The notes: generated by a model not told the origin, from the letters alone. DNA of 22,603 bases from Coleofasciculus chthonoplastes F2-STO-03 (GCA_040222015.1 JAVJWO010000043.1:1-22603); one strand, 5' to 3'. Positions 1 through 8,815 are shown, counted from the stretch's first letter. Numbers and translations: made by a program.

Positions 1-14
1 ATTAATCATTCCGG

Positions 15-229
15 TTCCCCTTCTCCTATGCAACAAAAGCGAAGCATCCTCTGTCCTCCCCCATGCAACAAAAGCGAAGCATCCTCTGTCCTCCCCCATG
101 CAACAAAAGCGAAGCATCCTCTGTCCTCCCCCCTCTTGTAGGGGGGAACGAGGGGGGTCCGGAGTTGGGGTTAGGGGATGAGGGTGAAACACTTGCCAGT
201 ATTAGTTCTCACCTTAAGTTGACATGCAT
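15..229 (+). repeat. Dispersed hairpin repeat, copy A (MITE/REP-like), with an insert in its loop
   Basis: TTCCCCTTCTCC...GGAGTTGGGGTTAGGGGATGAGGGTGAAACACTTGCCAGTATTAGTTCTCACCTTAAGTTGACA is homologous to the reverse complement of 16258-16462. Confidence 0.8.
28..132. repeat. Perfect 35-bp tandem repeat, 3 copies (ATGCAACAAAAGCGAAGCATCCTCTGTCCTCCCCC)
   Basis: Units start at 28, 63 and 98 with no spacers; the third runs into a C-run/G-run hairpin (CCCCCC TCTTGTA GGGGGG). Confidence 0.95.
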
Positions 230-286
230 GGATAGTATCGTGTCCCTACAAATGGTGATTTAGATGCCAAGAAAGCGTAAGCTCTG

Positions 287-373
287 AAACGGTTATGCAT
301 TTAATTGGCATACCCTACACCTCACAGCCCTGACAACGATTTCACTATCGTTTATTTAGATGCACATCAGTTT
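287..373. mobile_element. Degenerate MITE-like element
   Basis: Imperfect 20-bp terminal inverted repeats: AAACGGTTATGCATTTAATT versus the reverse complement of the right end, AAACTGATGTGCATCTAAAT (15/20). Confidence 0.45.
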
Positions 374-379
374 AATCGA

Positions 380-988
380 ATGACTCCAGCTACTGTAAAA
401 GAATCTCTAATTATTTTCACCCGCTATCCCGAACCAGGAAAAACCAAAACACGTATGATTCCCGCCCTAGGTGAGGAAGGTGCGGCGAAACTGCAACGCC
501 AGATGACAGAAAATACCCTGGCTAAAGCCAAAAAACTGCAAGCATTTCATCCTGTCTCTATAGAAATTCATTTTGCTGGGGGGAATCAACCGTTAATGCA
601 AGCCTGGTTAGGTGCTGATGTGATTTACTATCAACAAAGTGAGGGAGATCTGGGTAAACGAATGGCATCAGCATTTGAGAGATCGTTTACGGCGGGAATG
701 ACAGGTGTAGTAATTATTGGGACAGATTGCCCCGATTTAAACCCTCAAATAATGGCTGAGGCATTTAAATTCCTGGAAACCCAGGATTTAGTATTAGGAC
801 CTGCCCAAGATGGGGGATATTATCTAATTGGTTTGCGGCGGTTAATTCCTGAACTCTTCGTGGGAATTCATTGGGGAACCTCGCAAGTCAGACAACAAAC
901 CGTAGAGATTGCCGAGCGCTTAGGATTAGCGATCGCATCTCTGCCCATACTCCATGATATTGACCGTCCCGAGGATTTGGGCAGGTGA
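380..988 (+). CDS. TIGR04282 family (DUF2064, CofC-like) glycosyltransferase, arsenosugar/rSAM-selenodomain-associated
   Basis: Motifs IIFTRYPEPGKTKTR, Q.EGDLG.RM, IIGTDCP, VLGPA.DGGYYLIG, DIDRPEDL. Start moved from TTG 305, which lies in repeat DNA, to ATG 380 (MTPATVKE). Confidence 0.92.
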   Translation: MTPATVKESLIIFTRYPEPGKTKTRMIPALGEEGAAKLQRQMTENTLAKAKKLQAFHPVSIEIHFAGGNQPLMQAWLGADVIYYQQSEGDLGKRMASAFERSFTAGMTGVVIIGTDCPDLNPQIMAEAFKFLETQDLVLGPAQDGGYYLIGLRRLIPELFVGIHWGTSQVRQQTVEIAERLGLAIASLPILHDIDRPEDLGR

Positions 989-1283
989 GAATACCCGTTT
1001 ATTTTGCCAAAAGAGAATATTTTGTATCTATCGAGAGACTGATTTTTTTACCCTCAAAGTGTGATTAGATTAGCCCCTATCGCGTTATTTTTAGCGCTTT
1101 AGCGCGAATTGAGCGAAATCATAGGAATACGAGGAATTTATCGGGCTTTTGCCCGGTGTAAGTCTGCCCTGTTCGGTTAACTTTTCCCTACCCCTGCAAA
1201 TCGACGCTAGGGGTAGATTTACCGTTCCTAGTCGGCGTTGTCTGCGCCACCTCTTATGACTGTTGAAACTTAAATAGTAGATT

Positions 1284-4200
1284 GTGAATAACCTGAAAAC
1301 TCAATTCTTTAGTAGGGTAATCAGTAGCCTTGCCCTTTCCTGGTGCATCTGTAGTCTTTTCACTCCTCCAGTTCAGGCGGAAGGAAGCCGGGAATTAACC
1401 TCCAGTGGTGGCTTTCGCCCGTTTTTGGACTATCGCAATGACTCCTTGGAGACAGGACCAATACTACGCCGGACGGTGATTCAGGTTTATGCTCAGGCAG
1501 GTGAGACACTCTACTTGGGTTCTAGTGCTGTGGGCATCGGTCAGGGTACGATTGATTTCACAAACCCCAGTGGTGCATCTGACAGTTGCGACGACAGGGG
1601 TAAGATTGAAAACCGTGCAGAAGAAGAAATAGGACCAAATAGTCTTTTTTCTGGGGGTTATAGCCCTTGTACTGTGGACGTTGATCAAACTGGGGTTTGG
1701 CAAATTAACTTTGTTAGTCCTGATCCTGCGAGTACAGTCAACCCAGACCCTATTCCAGCCGACGATGCTTGGTCTGCACAAGAGGACAATGATAACTTTG
1801 TAACCGCTTGGGATGTCACCGTAGCCGATCAGGGTAGAGAAATTCAAGGTCGCGCCTTTGGCGATTATCTGGCGCTGAATATGGGGGGTAGAGAGGCTCC
1901 CCTGAGTTCCGAAACCTACATCCTCACCGAACAAGGTTATGTTTACCGCATCGATTTGAACGGTATCGAACCCTTCGGATTCATCTTCTTCTCAAACAAT
2001 AAAGGATTTAGACAACCAAATAGTAACCCCTTCTTCTCCTCTGTTCCCCTGATTCCACCCCCTGACTTCCAAAATCCGTTCACTAATCCCAATACTGGTG
2101 ATGACCGAACCCACAGAATATTCTTGAATCGACCTGCACCCGGAATCCCAGACAGGCCCCTAAACCCCAGATCTCCTGGGGAGGTGAGAAATTTTAGATT
2201 TATCGGTGATGAGGGTACGCCAGGTCAAGCTGCATCGCCCGGTGGTGGGACGTTCAGATTCATAGCGACACGGGCGGGTAGTTTCAGAATTGTCATTGAT
2301 TTAAATGGCGATGGCGTGTTCGGAAATGATGACAGTTCCATCCGAGACAGAATTATCACGGGTCGAGTGACCGAAGGGGAAAATCAAGTGGTTTGGGATG
2401 GTTTAGATGGGAATGATAACCCCATACCCGGCGGTTCTCAGGGATTCCGGGTTCGCATTAATCTGTTTGCGGCTCAAGTCCATTTTCCGTTTTTAGATGT
2501 GGAAGCGAGTCCCAATGGGATTATCCTGGAACGGCTGAATGGTCAAAACAGTCCAGATTTTACCGTTTACTATGACGATAGCCGTTTTAGTGGACCTGGC
2601 ATTCCTCCTGATCCCCTAGATGCCTCAATCAATGGAGTTGGTCTAGAAGGAATCAACAGCAGTAATGGCGCTCATCGCTATGGTTGTTCTGATTCGAGTA
2701 ATGAAGAAACTTGCTTTGGCGATCGCAGGGGTATCGATACTTGGGCATTTTTACCGTCTCGGGATTTTACCTTTACCGATGCTATCGTTATTGCAGAAGC
2801 AGACTTGGCAATTGAAAAACGGATTCGTTCAGACCGAGTGGTTGCCAATGGTACGATTGACTTCGAGATCACTGTAACCAATAATGGTCCCAATGATGTC
2901 ATGGGGGCAACGGTAAGGGATGATATTCCCGACACGATTACTGATGTCAGGTGGACTTGTGCAATTACTGACGGTAGCGGGAGTTGCGGTGCGGCAAATG
3001 GTACAGGTAATGCGATTGATACAACCGTCACGCTCGACCCGGAGGCTACCGCTACTTATAGGGTAATCGGCACTCTCTCGAGAACGGCTTCCGGAACCTT
3101 AACCAATACCGCCACAGTTCCCCTCGGACCCGGTGACTCCATAGGAGATGACGTAACCGATCCCAATCCGGATAATAATACCAGTACCGTTCAAACCCCC
3201 ATCGAACGAACCGCCGACTTGAGCCTAACCAAAACAACAACCCCTGATAATCCCGAACCGGGGGACAATGTAACCATCTCCATCACCGTCACCAATGATG
3301 GACCTCTCGCCACAACTGATGTGCAAGTTAGGGACTCCTTACCAGCCGGATTGAGCTTTGTTTCAGCAACACCCCGCCAGGGAAGCTACGATAACCAAAC
3401 GGGCGTCTGGACTGTGGGCACTCTGGATAACGAAAGTAGCGCCATGTTGCAAATTGAGGCAACCTTAACCACGACTGAAACCGTCGTAAATCGATCGCAA
3501 GTTATAGCCTCAGATCGACCTGACCCAGATTCTACCCCAGGAAACAGCATTGCTGGCGAGGATGACCAAGATAGTGTGACGATTCCCTTGCAATTCGTTG
3601 ACCTCGGCTTGAGCAAAACCGCACGCCCAAACCAAACCAATGTGGGAGACGAAATAACGTATACCATTACTCTGACCAATAATGATACGAATGACGCGAC
3701 TGATGTGGCGGTGACGGAACCCTTACCCCCTGAGGTAACCTTTAGATCGGCAGAAACGTCTCAAGGCTCATATAATCGCAACACTGGAATTTGGTCAGTG
3801 GGGAACCTAGCCAATGGTAATGAGGCTATGTTACAGATTAATACCACTGGGGATATTCCCGGTTCCGTTACCAACACGGCGGTGATTAGTGCTTTAGATC
3901 AAGATGATCCGAATCCTGGTAATGATCAAGCCAGTGCTGAGGTATTTTTGGTTGGAGAACCACACTTGCTTCTAGTGAAACGGATTACTCAGGTGAGGAG
4001 AGATGGACAAGTGATCGAAGGCATTAACTTTGATACGGTTGTAGACGATCCCACTGATCCGGATGATAACGCGATTGGCTGGTCTCAGCTACCTGGGGGA
4101 GGGCTTTTAGGCGTTCCGATGATTAGTCCTGATAGACGTTTAGAAAGTGGCGATACTGTGGAATATACGATCTATTTCCTGTCAAATGGTGGCACCGTGG

Positions 4201-4487
4201 TTAACGGTGTCGATGTTTGTGATCTGATTCCTCAAGGGACAACCTTTATCTCAGATAGTTTTAGACAAGGGAGCGGAATTGTGTTAAATCAAGATGGGAC
4301 ACCGACACCCCAAAGTAATGCATCGGATCAAGATTCGGGGACATTTTTTCCGCCTCTCAATCCTGTCTCAACGCCTTGTGCTGAAGCCAATAATCCCAAT
4401 GGTGCTGTGGTTGTCGAGTTAGGCGATATTTCTAGCACCGCTCCCAATAATGTGGGATTGATTCGCTTTCGGGTCGAAATTGATTGA
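1284..4487 (+). CDS. Secreted DUF11 (conserved-repeat, Ig-like) surface protein, 1067 aa
   Basis: Signal peptide ending VQA|EGS; FlgD-Ig-like motif WDGLDGNDNPIP; three DUF11 repeats starting ADLAIEK, ADLSLTK, VDLGLSK and ending DPNPDNN, DPDSTPGN, DPNPGND; C-terminal LLLVKRIT...GDTVEYTIYFLS...CDLIP domain typical of cyanobacterial DUF11 proteins. GTG start. Confidence 0.88.
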   Translation: MNNLKTQFFSRVISSLALSWCICSLFTPPVQAEGSRELTSSGGFRPFLDYRNDSLETGPILRRTVIQVYAQAGETLYLGSSAVGIGQGTIDFTNPSGASDSCDDRGKIENRAEEEIGPNSLFSGGYSPCTVDVDQTGVWQINFVSPDPASTVNPDPIPADDAWSAQEDNDNFVTAWDVTVADQGREIQGRAFGDYLALNMGGREAPLSSETYILTEQGYVYRIDLNGIEPFGFIFFSNNKGFRQPNSNPFFSSVPLIPPPDFQNPFTNPNTGDDRTHRIFLNRPAPGIPDRPLNPRSPGEVRNFRFIGDEGTPGQAASPGGGTFRFIATRAGSFRIVIDLNGDGVFGNDDSSIRDRIITGRVTEGENQVVWDGLDGNDNPIPGGSQGFRVRINLFAAQVHFPFLDVEASPNGIILERLNGQNSPDFTVYYDDSRFSGPGIPPDPLDASINGVGLEGINSSNGAHRYGCSDSSNEETCFGDRRGIDTWAFLPSRDFTFTDAIVIAEADLAIEKRIRSDRVVANGTIDFEITVTNNGPNDVMGATVRDDIPDTITDVRWTCAITDGSGSCGAANGTGNAIDTTVTLDPEATATYRVIGTLSRTASGTLTNTATVPLGPGDSIGDDVTDPNPDNNTSTVQTPIERTADLSLTKTTTPDNPEPGDNVTISITVTNDGPLATTDVQVRDSLPAGLSFVSATPRQGSYDNQTGVWTVGTLDNESSAMLQIEATLTTTETVVNRSQVIASDRPDPDSTPGNSIAGEDDQDSVTIPLQFVDLGLSKTARPNQTNVGDEITYTITLTNNDTNDATDVAVTEPLPPEVTFRSAETSQGSYNRNTGIWSVGNLANGNEAMLQINTTGDIPGSVTNTAVISALDQDDPNPGNDQASAEVFLVGEPHLLLVKRITQVRRDGQVIEGINFDTVVDDPTDPDDNAIGWSQLPGGGLLGVPMISPDRRLESGDTVEYTIYFLSNGGTVVNGVDVCDLIPQGTTFISDSFRQGSGIVLNQDGTPTPQSNASDQDSGTFFPPLNPVSTPCAEANNPNGAVVVELGDISSTAPNNVGLIRFRVEID

Positions 4488-4515
4488 AAATTAGGAATGA
4501 ATTCTAATCTATGAA

Positions 4516-5202
4516 ATGCACACCGAAATAATTTCAGTTATTATTCCCGTTTTAAATGAAGCGAATACGATTGGTTCGGTCTTAGATAGACTGGTTAATA
4601 CTGACAATGTGGAGGTTATTGTGGTAGATGGGGGGAGTCAAGATGAAACCGTCAGCGTGGCGCGATCGCGAAATGTCCAGGTTATTTCTACCCCACCCGG
4701 TCGCGCCTGTCAAATGAATGCGGGTGCAGCAATAGCGACGGGTGATATTCTTCTATTTCTTCACGCCGATACTCGTTTACCAGCAAACTTTTATCGTCTA
4801 ATCCGCCAAGGGCTGCAAGATTCCAAAACCATTGCGGGGGCGTTTGAATTACGCATTGATTCTCAACAGTTTGGCTTGCGTCTCATTGAACGACTGGTGA
4901 ATTGGCGATCGCGTTTTTTTTCGATGCCTTATGGCGACCAAGCGATATTTTTAAAAGCGACTGTTTTTCATGATATAGGTGGTTTTGCTAATTTACCTAT
5001 TATGGAAGATTTTGAATTCATTTGCCACTTGCAACCGCTGGGACGGATTACGATTGTTCCAGCATCGGTTCTGACATCAGGACGACGGTGGGAACGGTTA
5101 GGTATTATCAAAACCACCCTAATTAACCAGCTTATTATTTTGGGGTATTTTTTTGGAGTTGACCCTAAAAAATTGGTGCGATGGTATAGGGGAAAAGGGT
5201 AA
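4516..5202 (+). CDS. TIGR04283 family GT2 glycosyltransferase, arsenosugar/rSAM-selenodomain-associated
   Basis: ISVIIPVLNEA, VIVVDGGSQDET, GRA.QMNAGA, LLFLHADT, PYGDQAIF, PIMEDFE, TSGRRW. Confidence 0.93.
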   Translation: MHTEIISVIIPVLNEANTIGSVLDRLVNTDNVEVIVVDGGSQDETVSVARSRNVQVISTPPGRACQMNAGAAIATGDILLFLHADTRLPANFYRLIRQGLQDSKTIAGAFELRIDSQQFGLRLIERLVNWRSRFFSMPYGDQAIFLKATVFHDIGGFANLPIMEDFEFICHLQPLGRITIVPASVLTSGRRWERLGIIKTTLINQLIILGYFFGVDPKKLVRWYRGKG

Positions 5203-5307
5203 GCTGTTATCCAATTTAACTTGGGTATTAGCAGCAAGCAAGATACTCGCACTAAAAGGCTGTGGCAATTATTAATATTAAACTACACTCGATTTTTTTA
5301 TCATAGG

Positions 5308-5859
5308 TTAATCAACAGGCTCTGTCTCAATTTTTATGGCTATTGTATAATGAGTAAATATAGGAATTACGATTCCAGGATTTTGCCAACCTGTCAAAGT
5401 TCCTGTATTTACCTGTCCCTCTGGTGATAACAGCACTTCTCCGGCACTATTCAGCGGATTTAGACCATCACTTATACCTAAATAAAATGTTTCGTTTTCA
5501 GAAAAATTGAACCCAACTTCTCCGATTCCTGCTGCTAGTCCTTTGCCCATTTCATCAAATAAGAACAAAGACAAAGATGATAAAGAGAATACAGATAATA
5601 ATGGATTTTGAGCAACACTAAATTTCAAAAATGCTTGATGTTCAGATTCAAGTTGGTAGAGATCGATATCTGCCGGATTAAATAAACTGCCCTCAATTGT
5701 ATTAATGACTGGTACTGCGATTGGACCTTGAGCGGACGAAATCAATTGTCCTGCATCAGCATCTTCAACAAAGGTTGATTCTGGGTTCGTGTTGTCTGAT
5801 TTTCTGGGGAGAGTCTTCCCACCAAATAACGTAGTTAATAATGATTGAAATTTTATCAT
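5308..5859 (-). CDS. PPC-like (pre-peptidase C-terminal/DVUA0089-type) beta-sandwich domain protein
   Basis: EDADAGQL..AQ...IEGSL...DIDLYQL...LFLFDE.G.GL...FYLGIS resembles this cyanobacterial extracellular domain; no clear signal peptide or PEP-CTERM tail. Confidence 0.55.
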   Translation of the reverse strand: MIKFQSLLTTLFGGKTLPRKSDNTNPESTFVEDADAGQLISSAQGPIAVPVINTIEGSLFNPADIDLYQLESEHQAFLKFSVAQNPLLSVFSLSSLSLFLFDEMGKGLAAGIGEVGFNFSENETFYLGISDGLNPLNSAGEVLLSPEGQVNTGTLTGWQNPGIVIPIFTHYTIAIKIETEPVD

Positions 5860-6011
5860 CAGCTTTCTCCTAAAAAACGTTGATTCGTCCGTTTGATTAA
5901 CCTTAAAATCATTTTATGATATTTTCAATTAATTTTATGTATTCTCAATAATTTTTAACTTAACTTGTTTTTTTATTCAATTAGGCAAGTGCTATAGCTT
6001 ATAATCTTACC

Positions 6012-6032
6012 TTACAGCGCAAAGCGCTGTAA
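6012..6032. repeat. Perfect hairpin TTACAGCGC-AAA-GCGCTGTAA
   Basis: 9-bp stem with a 3-nt loop, downstream of the methyltransferase; either a terminator-like hairpin or a minimal repeat remnant. Confidence 0.7.
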
Positions 6033-6037
6033 TAAAG

Positions 6038-6117
6038 TACAGTAGATAAAAGTCCCCCTTAAAAAGGGGAATTTAGGGGGATCGACAATGTACCGCATAG
6101 CAGAGCAAACTGCTGTA
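6038..6117. mobile_element. Short MITE-like repeat with TACAG...CTGTA ends
   Basis: Ends TACAGTAG and CTGCTGTA (7/8 inverted match) enclose a CCCCCTTAAAAAGGGGAATTTAGGGGG hairpin. Confidence 0.5.
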
Positions 6118-6127
6118 TTATCTAAAT

Positions 6128-7465
6128 TCATCTTCTCGTTTTTTGCAATACCACAACGGTATCATTTTTAATTGTTCCCGCCCAATTTACATTCCTTGGT
6201 AAGTTTAATCGACGATTTTTTAGCAACAAATGAAACTGAAATATTTTAACAAAGCCAATTTTTTCAGCTATTTCCGTTAAAAGTTTAGCCACTGGAATCT
6301 CAACGCCGCAAATTTTACTAATATCGCCAATTGCAAAGCAATAATAGCCACCTGAATTAAGATGATTGAAGCAGCTTAAAAAATGCTCCTTCATATCCAT
6401 GAAGTATTTATAAACAACTCTTGCTCGAAGCTGATTTTGTCCTTTACTCGCTTGATATTGCGTACCGTGGTAAATGTCAGCAATCAAATCATCTAGATAG
6501 GAATTTCCGGTTTTTCCCAATTGACAATACTCATTTCTAGAAATTCTTTCTGTGCCAATTTCTTGAGTATATAAATCAAGTCTTTCGCGATCATTACTGA
6601 CTAAGCCCAACCAATGTAACTCAAACTTAGACGCCCAAACGTAATCAATTGCATTAATATAAGGCGGCGAAGTAATAACGGCATCACAATGCCAATCACC
6701 TGTAAGATTAATAGCTGTTTTTGAATTCAATTCAATGGCATTTTGCAACGAGTGATTCAAGACAAACTGCCATTCTCCAATTGCCTCTAACGCTTTATCA
6801 AGATAGTCTTTAAAATACCGATAAACATCTTCGCGAGAACGCTGGGGAATTTCTTTGACATTCGCTCGTTTTGCGGCGAGAATCATGCCATCATTCATAT
6901 CAGATGTTTTGCGGACAGTCGAAGCAAAAGCCAGCAAAAATAAAGGTTGTATCGCTTCCGGAAGTTGAAAAATTTGCGTTCGGAGACTTTCTAATCCAGC
7001 TTGGACAGGTTTTTGAAACCAAAAATCTTTATTGGCGAAATTGATGGTTTCTAATGGATGTTTTACTGTATAAGCATTTTTCAAGATTTGCTCGGCATAG
7101 TCGAGAATCTCGGCTCCATCGTATAAATGAGTTTTAACGTGACAGATTAGGCGACTTAGAGGATGATAGTCAAGCCAATAAATTGATACACCTTGTAATA
7201 AAGTTTCAATAATTGTTGTTCCTGAACCCGCAAAAGGTTCTAAGATTTTACATTGTTCTGTACCATACTTGCTTAAAAACCAATGCGGGATTTCCGGAAT
7301 TGATTTGGCAGGCTGAAAACCAACCGAATGGATTTTGAGAGGTTGTTTTCGTTGTAGCGAAATTAGGGCATCTTGAGGTATATCGATAGGAATTTCGCCC
7401 TCAAGATGTAAGTAGGAGGATTGGTGTGTAGTATTGTCAGTTTCAAACAGTGAAAGTTGTTTCAT
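6128..7465 (-). CDS. DNA amino-methyltransferase, likely N4-cytosine, alpha motif order; orphan within this window
   Basis: SAM-binding motif I (LEPFAGSGTT) precedes catalytic motif IV (ITSPPY); also carries a PAK.IPEIP motif. AT-rich, no HIP1. Confidence 0.88.
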   Translation of the reverse strand: MKQLSLFETDNTTHQSSYLHLEGEIPIDIPQDALISLQRKQPLKIHSVGFQPAKSIPEIPHWFLSKYGTEQCKILEPFAGSGTTIIETLLQGVSIYWLDYHPLSRLICHVKTHLYDGAEILDYAEQILKNAYTVKHPLETINFANKDFWFQKPVQAGLESLRTQIFQLPEAIQPLFLLAFASTVRKTSDMNDGMILAAKRANVKEIPQRSREDVYRYFKDYLDKALEAIGEWQFVLNHSLQNAIELNSKTAINLTGDWHCDAVITSPPYINAIDYVWASKFELHWLGLVSNDRERLDLYTQEIGTERISRNEYCQLGKTGNSYLDDLIADIYHGTQYQASKGQNQLRARVVYKYFMDMKEHFLSCFNHLNSGGYYCFAIGDISKICGVEIPVAKLLTEIAEKIGFVKIFQFHLLLKNRRLNLPRNVNWAGTIKNDTVVVLQKTRR

Positions 7466-7586
7466 GCTACTCTAGGATAACGAGTCCCATTGGGTTAGAC
7501 ACAAGCCAGATGGAAGCCTATAACCGTTGTCGGTTTAGATTGGGCTGAGTCTTATTTTTCCATCATCCAACGCCAGGGGCTTAGTC

Positions 7587-7619
7587 TGTTGGGTTTCGCT
7601 TACGCTCTACCCAACCTAC
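7587..7619. repeat. GTAG-type REP-like hairpin
   Basis: TGTTGGGTTTCGCTTACGCTCTACCCAACCTAC: a stem-loop ending in CCTAC (GTAGG on the minus strand). Confidence 0.65.
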
Positions 7620-7632
7620 TTTAATGTTTACT

Positions 7633-8547
7633 CTATCCTAGAGGAACGACATAAACCCAATCTTGATAATTTGGATCGCGATTTTCCGTAATTGCCGTAA
7701 TTTTATCTCTCAGTTTCTCTGTGATGGGTCGCGTTTTCGGTAATTCATAATTCTCAACCTGTTTAATTGGAGTAATTTTAGCCGCCGTTCCACTTAAAAA
7801 TGCTTCATCGGCAATAAATAACTCCGATTTATCCACAGGGCGTTCGATTATGGGGATACCTAAATCCTTTGCCAGCGTCAGGATACTATCTCTGGTGATT
7901 CCTTCTAAAATATCTTGGTCATATCCCGGCGTAATCAGTTGCCCATTCCGCACCATAAAGATATTCATCCCGGAGGCTTCACAGATTTTTCCCTGAGCAT
8001 TCATTAATAATGCTTCATCAAATCCGGATTCTACCGCTTCTGTCTTTGCTAGAGATGATGTGATATATGCGCCACTAATTTTACCTCTCAGGGGTAAACT
8101 GTGATCCGCTTGACGATACCAGGAACTAATCCGACAGCTTACCCCTTCTGGGGATAAATAATCACCGAGTTCTAATCCATAGACGAAAAAGTCCTTTTCA
8201 ATCTTATGCAGTCTGGGGGCAATTCCCAAATCGGATGTATAAATAAAGGGTCGGATATAAAATGAGGTTTTAACTTGATTTTTTTTGACGAAATCTACAA
8301 TTACAGTTTTGATTTTATCAGCGGGTAAGTCGTAATGTAAATATTTGGCACTGTCACTTAATCGTTTACAATGACGGTCTAAACGAAACAGGAGAATTTG
8401 TTCGGGGTTTTGGGGGTCAGGAATCCCCCGCAATCCGCCAAAAGCGCCTGTGCCATAGTGCAGCGCATGGGTAGCAATGGAAATTTTGGCATCCTCGAAG
8501 GGAAGAAATTGATTTTTAAAGTAAGCGATTGGCAGAAATTTATGCAT
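7633..8547 (-). CDS. ilvE: Branched-chain amino acid aminotransferase (PLP fold type IV)
   Basis: HALHYGTGAFGGLR, LFRLDRH..RL, YIRPF, catalytic K in RGKISGAY, GFDEAL, EASGMNIF, ILEGITRDS, DEAFLSGTAA.ITP. Confidence 0.96.
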   Translation of the reverse strand: MHKFLPIAYFKNQFLPFEDAKISIATHALHYGTGAFGGLRGIPDPQNPEQILLFRLDRHCKRLSDSAKYLHYDLPADKIKTVIVDFVKKNQVKTSFYIRPFIYTSDLGIAPRLHKIEKDFFVYGLELGDYLSPEGVSCRISSWYRQADHSLPLRGKISGAYITSSLAKTEAVESGFDEALLMNAQGKICEASGMNIFMVRNGQLITPGYDQDILEGITRDSILTLAKDLGIPIIERPVDKSELFIADEAFLSGTAAKITPIKQVENYELPKTRPITEKLRDKITAITENRDPNYQDWVYVVPLG

Positions 8548-8641
8548 TTTTAAACTAGACAGTCAAGGCTGCGGGAAGGTATGGTTATCGATTTTACTAC
8601 AGGTCAGTGATTTTGCCAGGGACTAGCACATCGATTTAGGC

Positions 8642-8798
8642 GTAGGGGCGGGTTTCACTATTCAGGACTTACGCAGGTACATCATATATGGTGGCAATGG
8701 TGCGTTACGCTACGCTAACGCACGATGGCGGACTGACACAGCTAAAATTGTGGAATAGATTCGACGTTTAAACCGGGTGCAAGTCTTTGCGCCCCTAC
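8642..8798. repeat. Mosaic of REP/MITE-like repeats
   Basis: GTAGGGGCG...CGCCCCTAC inverted ends; internal hairpin GGTGCGTTACGCTACGCTAACGCAC (8699-8723), identical to 16728-16752; followed by a segment (8724-8761) similar to 12969-13001 and to the reverse complement of the right end of 16758-16886. Confidence 0.7.
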
Positions 8799-8815
8799 TG
8801 TTGCTGGGTATGCGC

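Noticed and set aside
28..132. CRISPR array (35-bp repeats)
   Set aside because: The units are contiguous with no spacers, and there are no cas genes in the window.
63..263. 66-aa ORF
   Set aside because: Lies entirely within repeat DNA; the ATG is supplied by the 35-mer.
986..988. Selenocysteine read-through at TGA
   Set aside because: No SECIS-like hairpin follows, and the position is not a Cys-equivalent site.
1060..1075. CRP-type site TGTGA-N6-TCACA upstream of the DUF11 gene
   Set aside because: Only the left half-site matches; the right half reads TAGCC.
1464..3679. Overlapping or antisense ORFs (1464-1934, 2665-2877, 2678-3031, 3052-3240, 3386-3679)
   Set aside because: Shadow frames of the DUF11 gene with no recognisable motifs.
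4968..5427. ORFs 4968-5252 and 5221-5427
   Set aside because: Antisense to better-supported genes and crossing repeat-like intergenic DNA.
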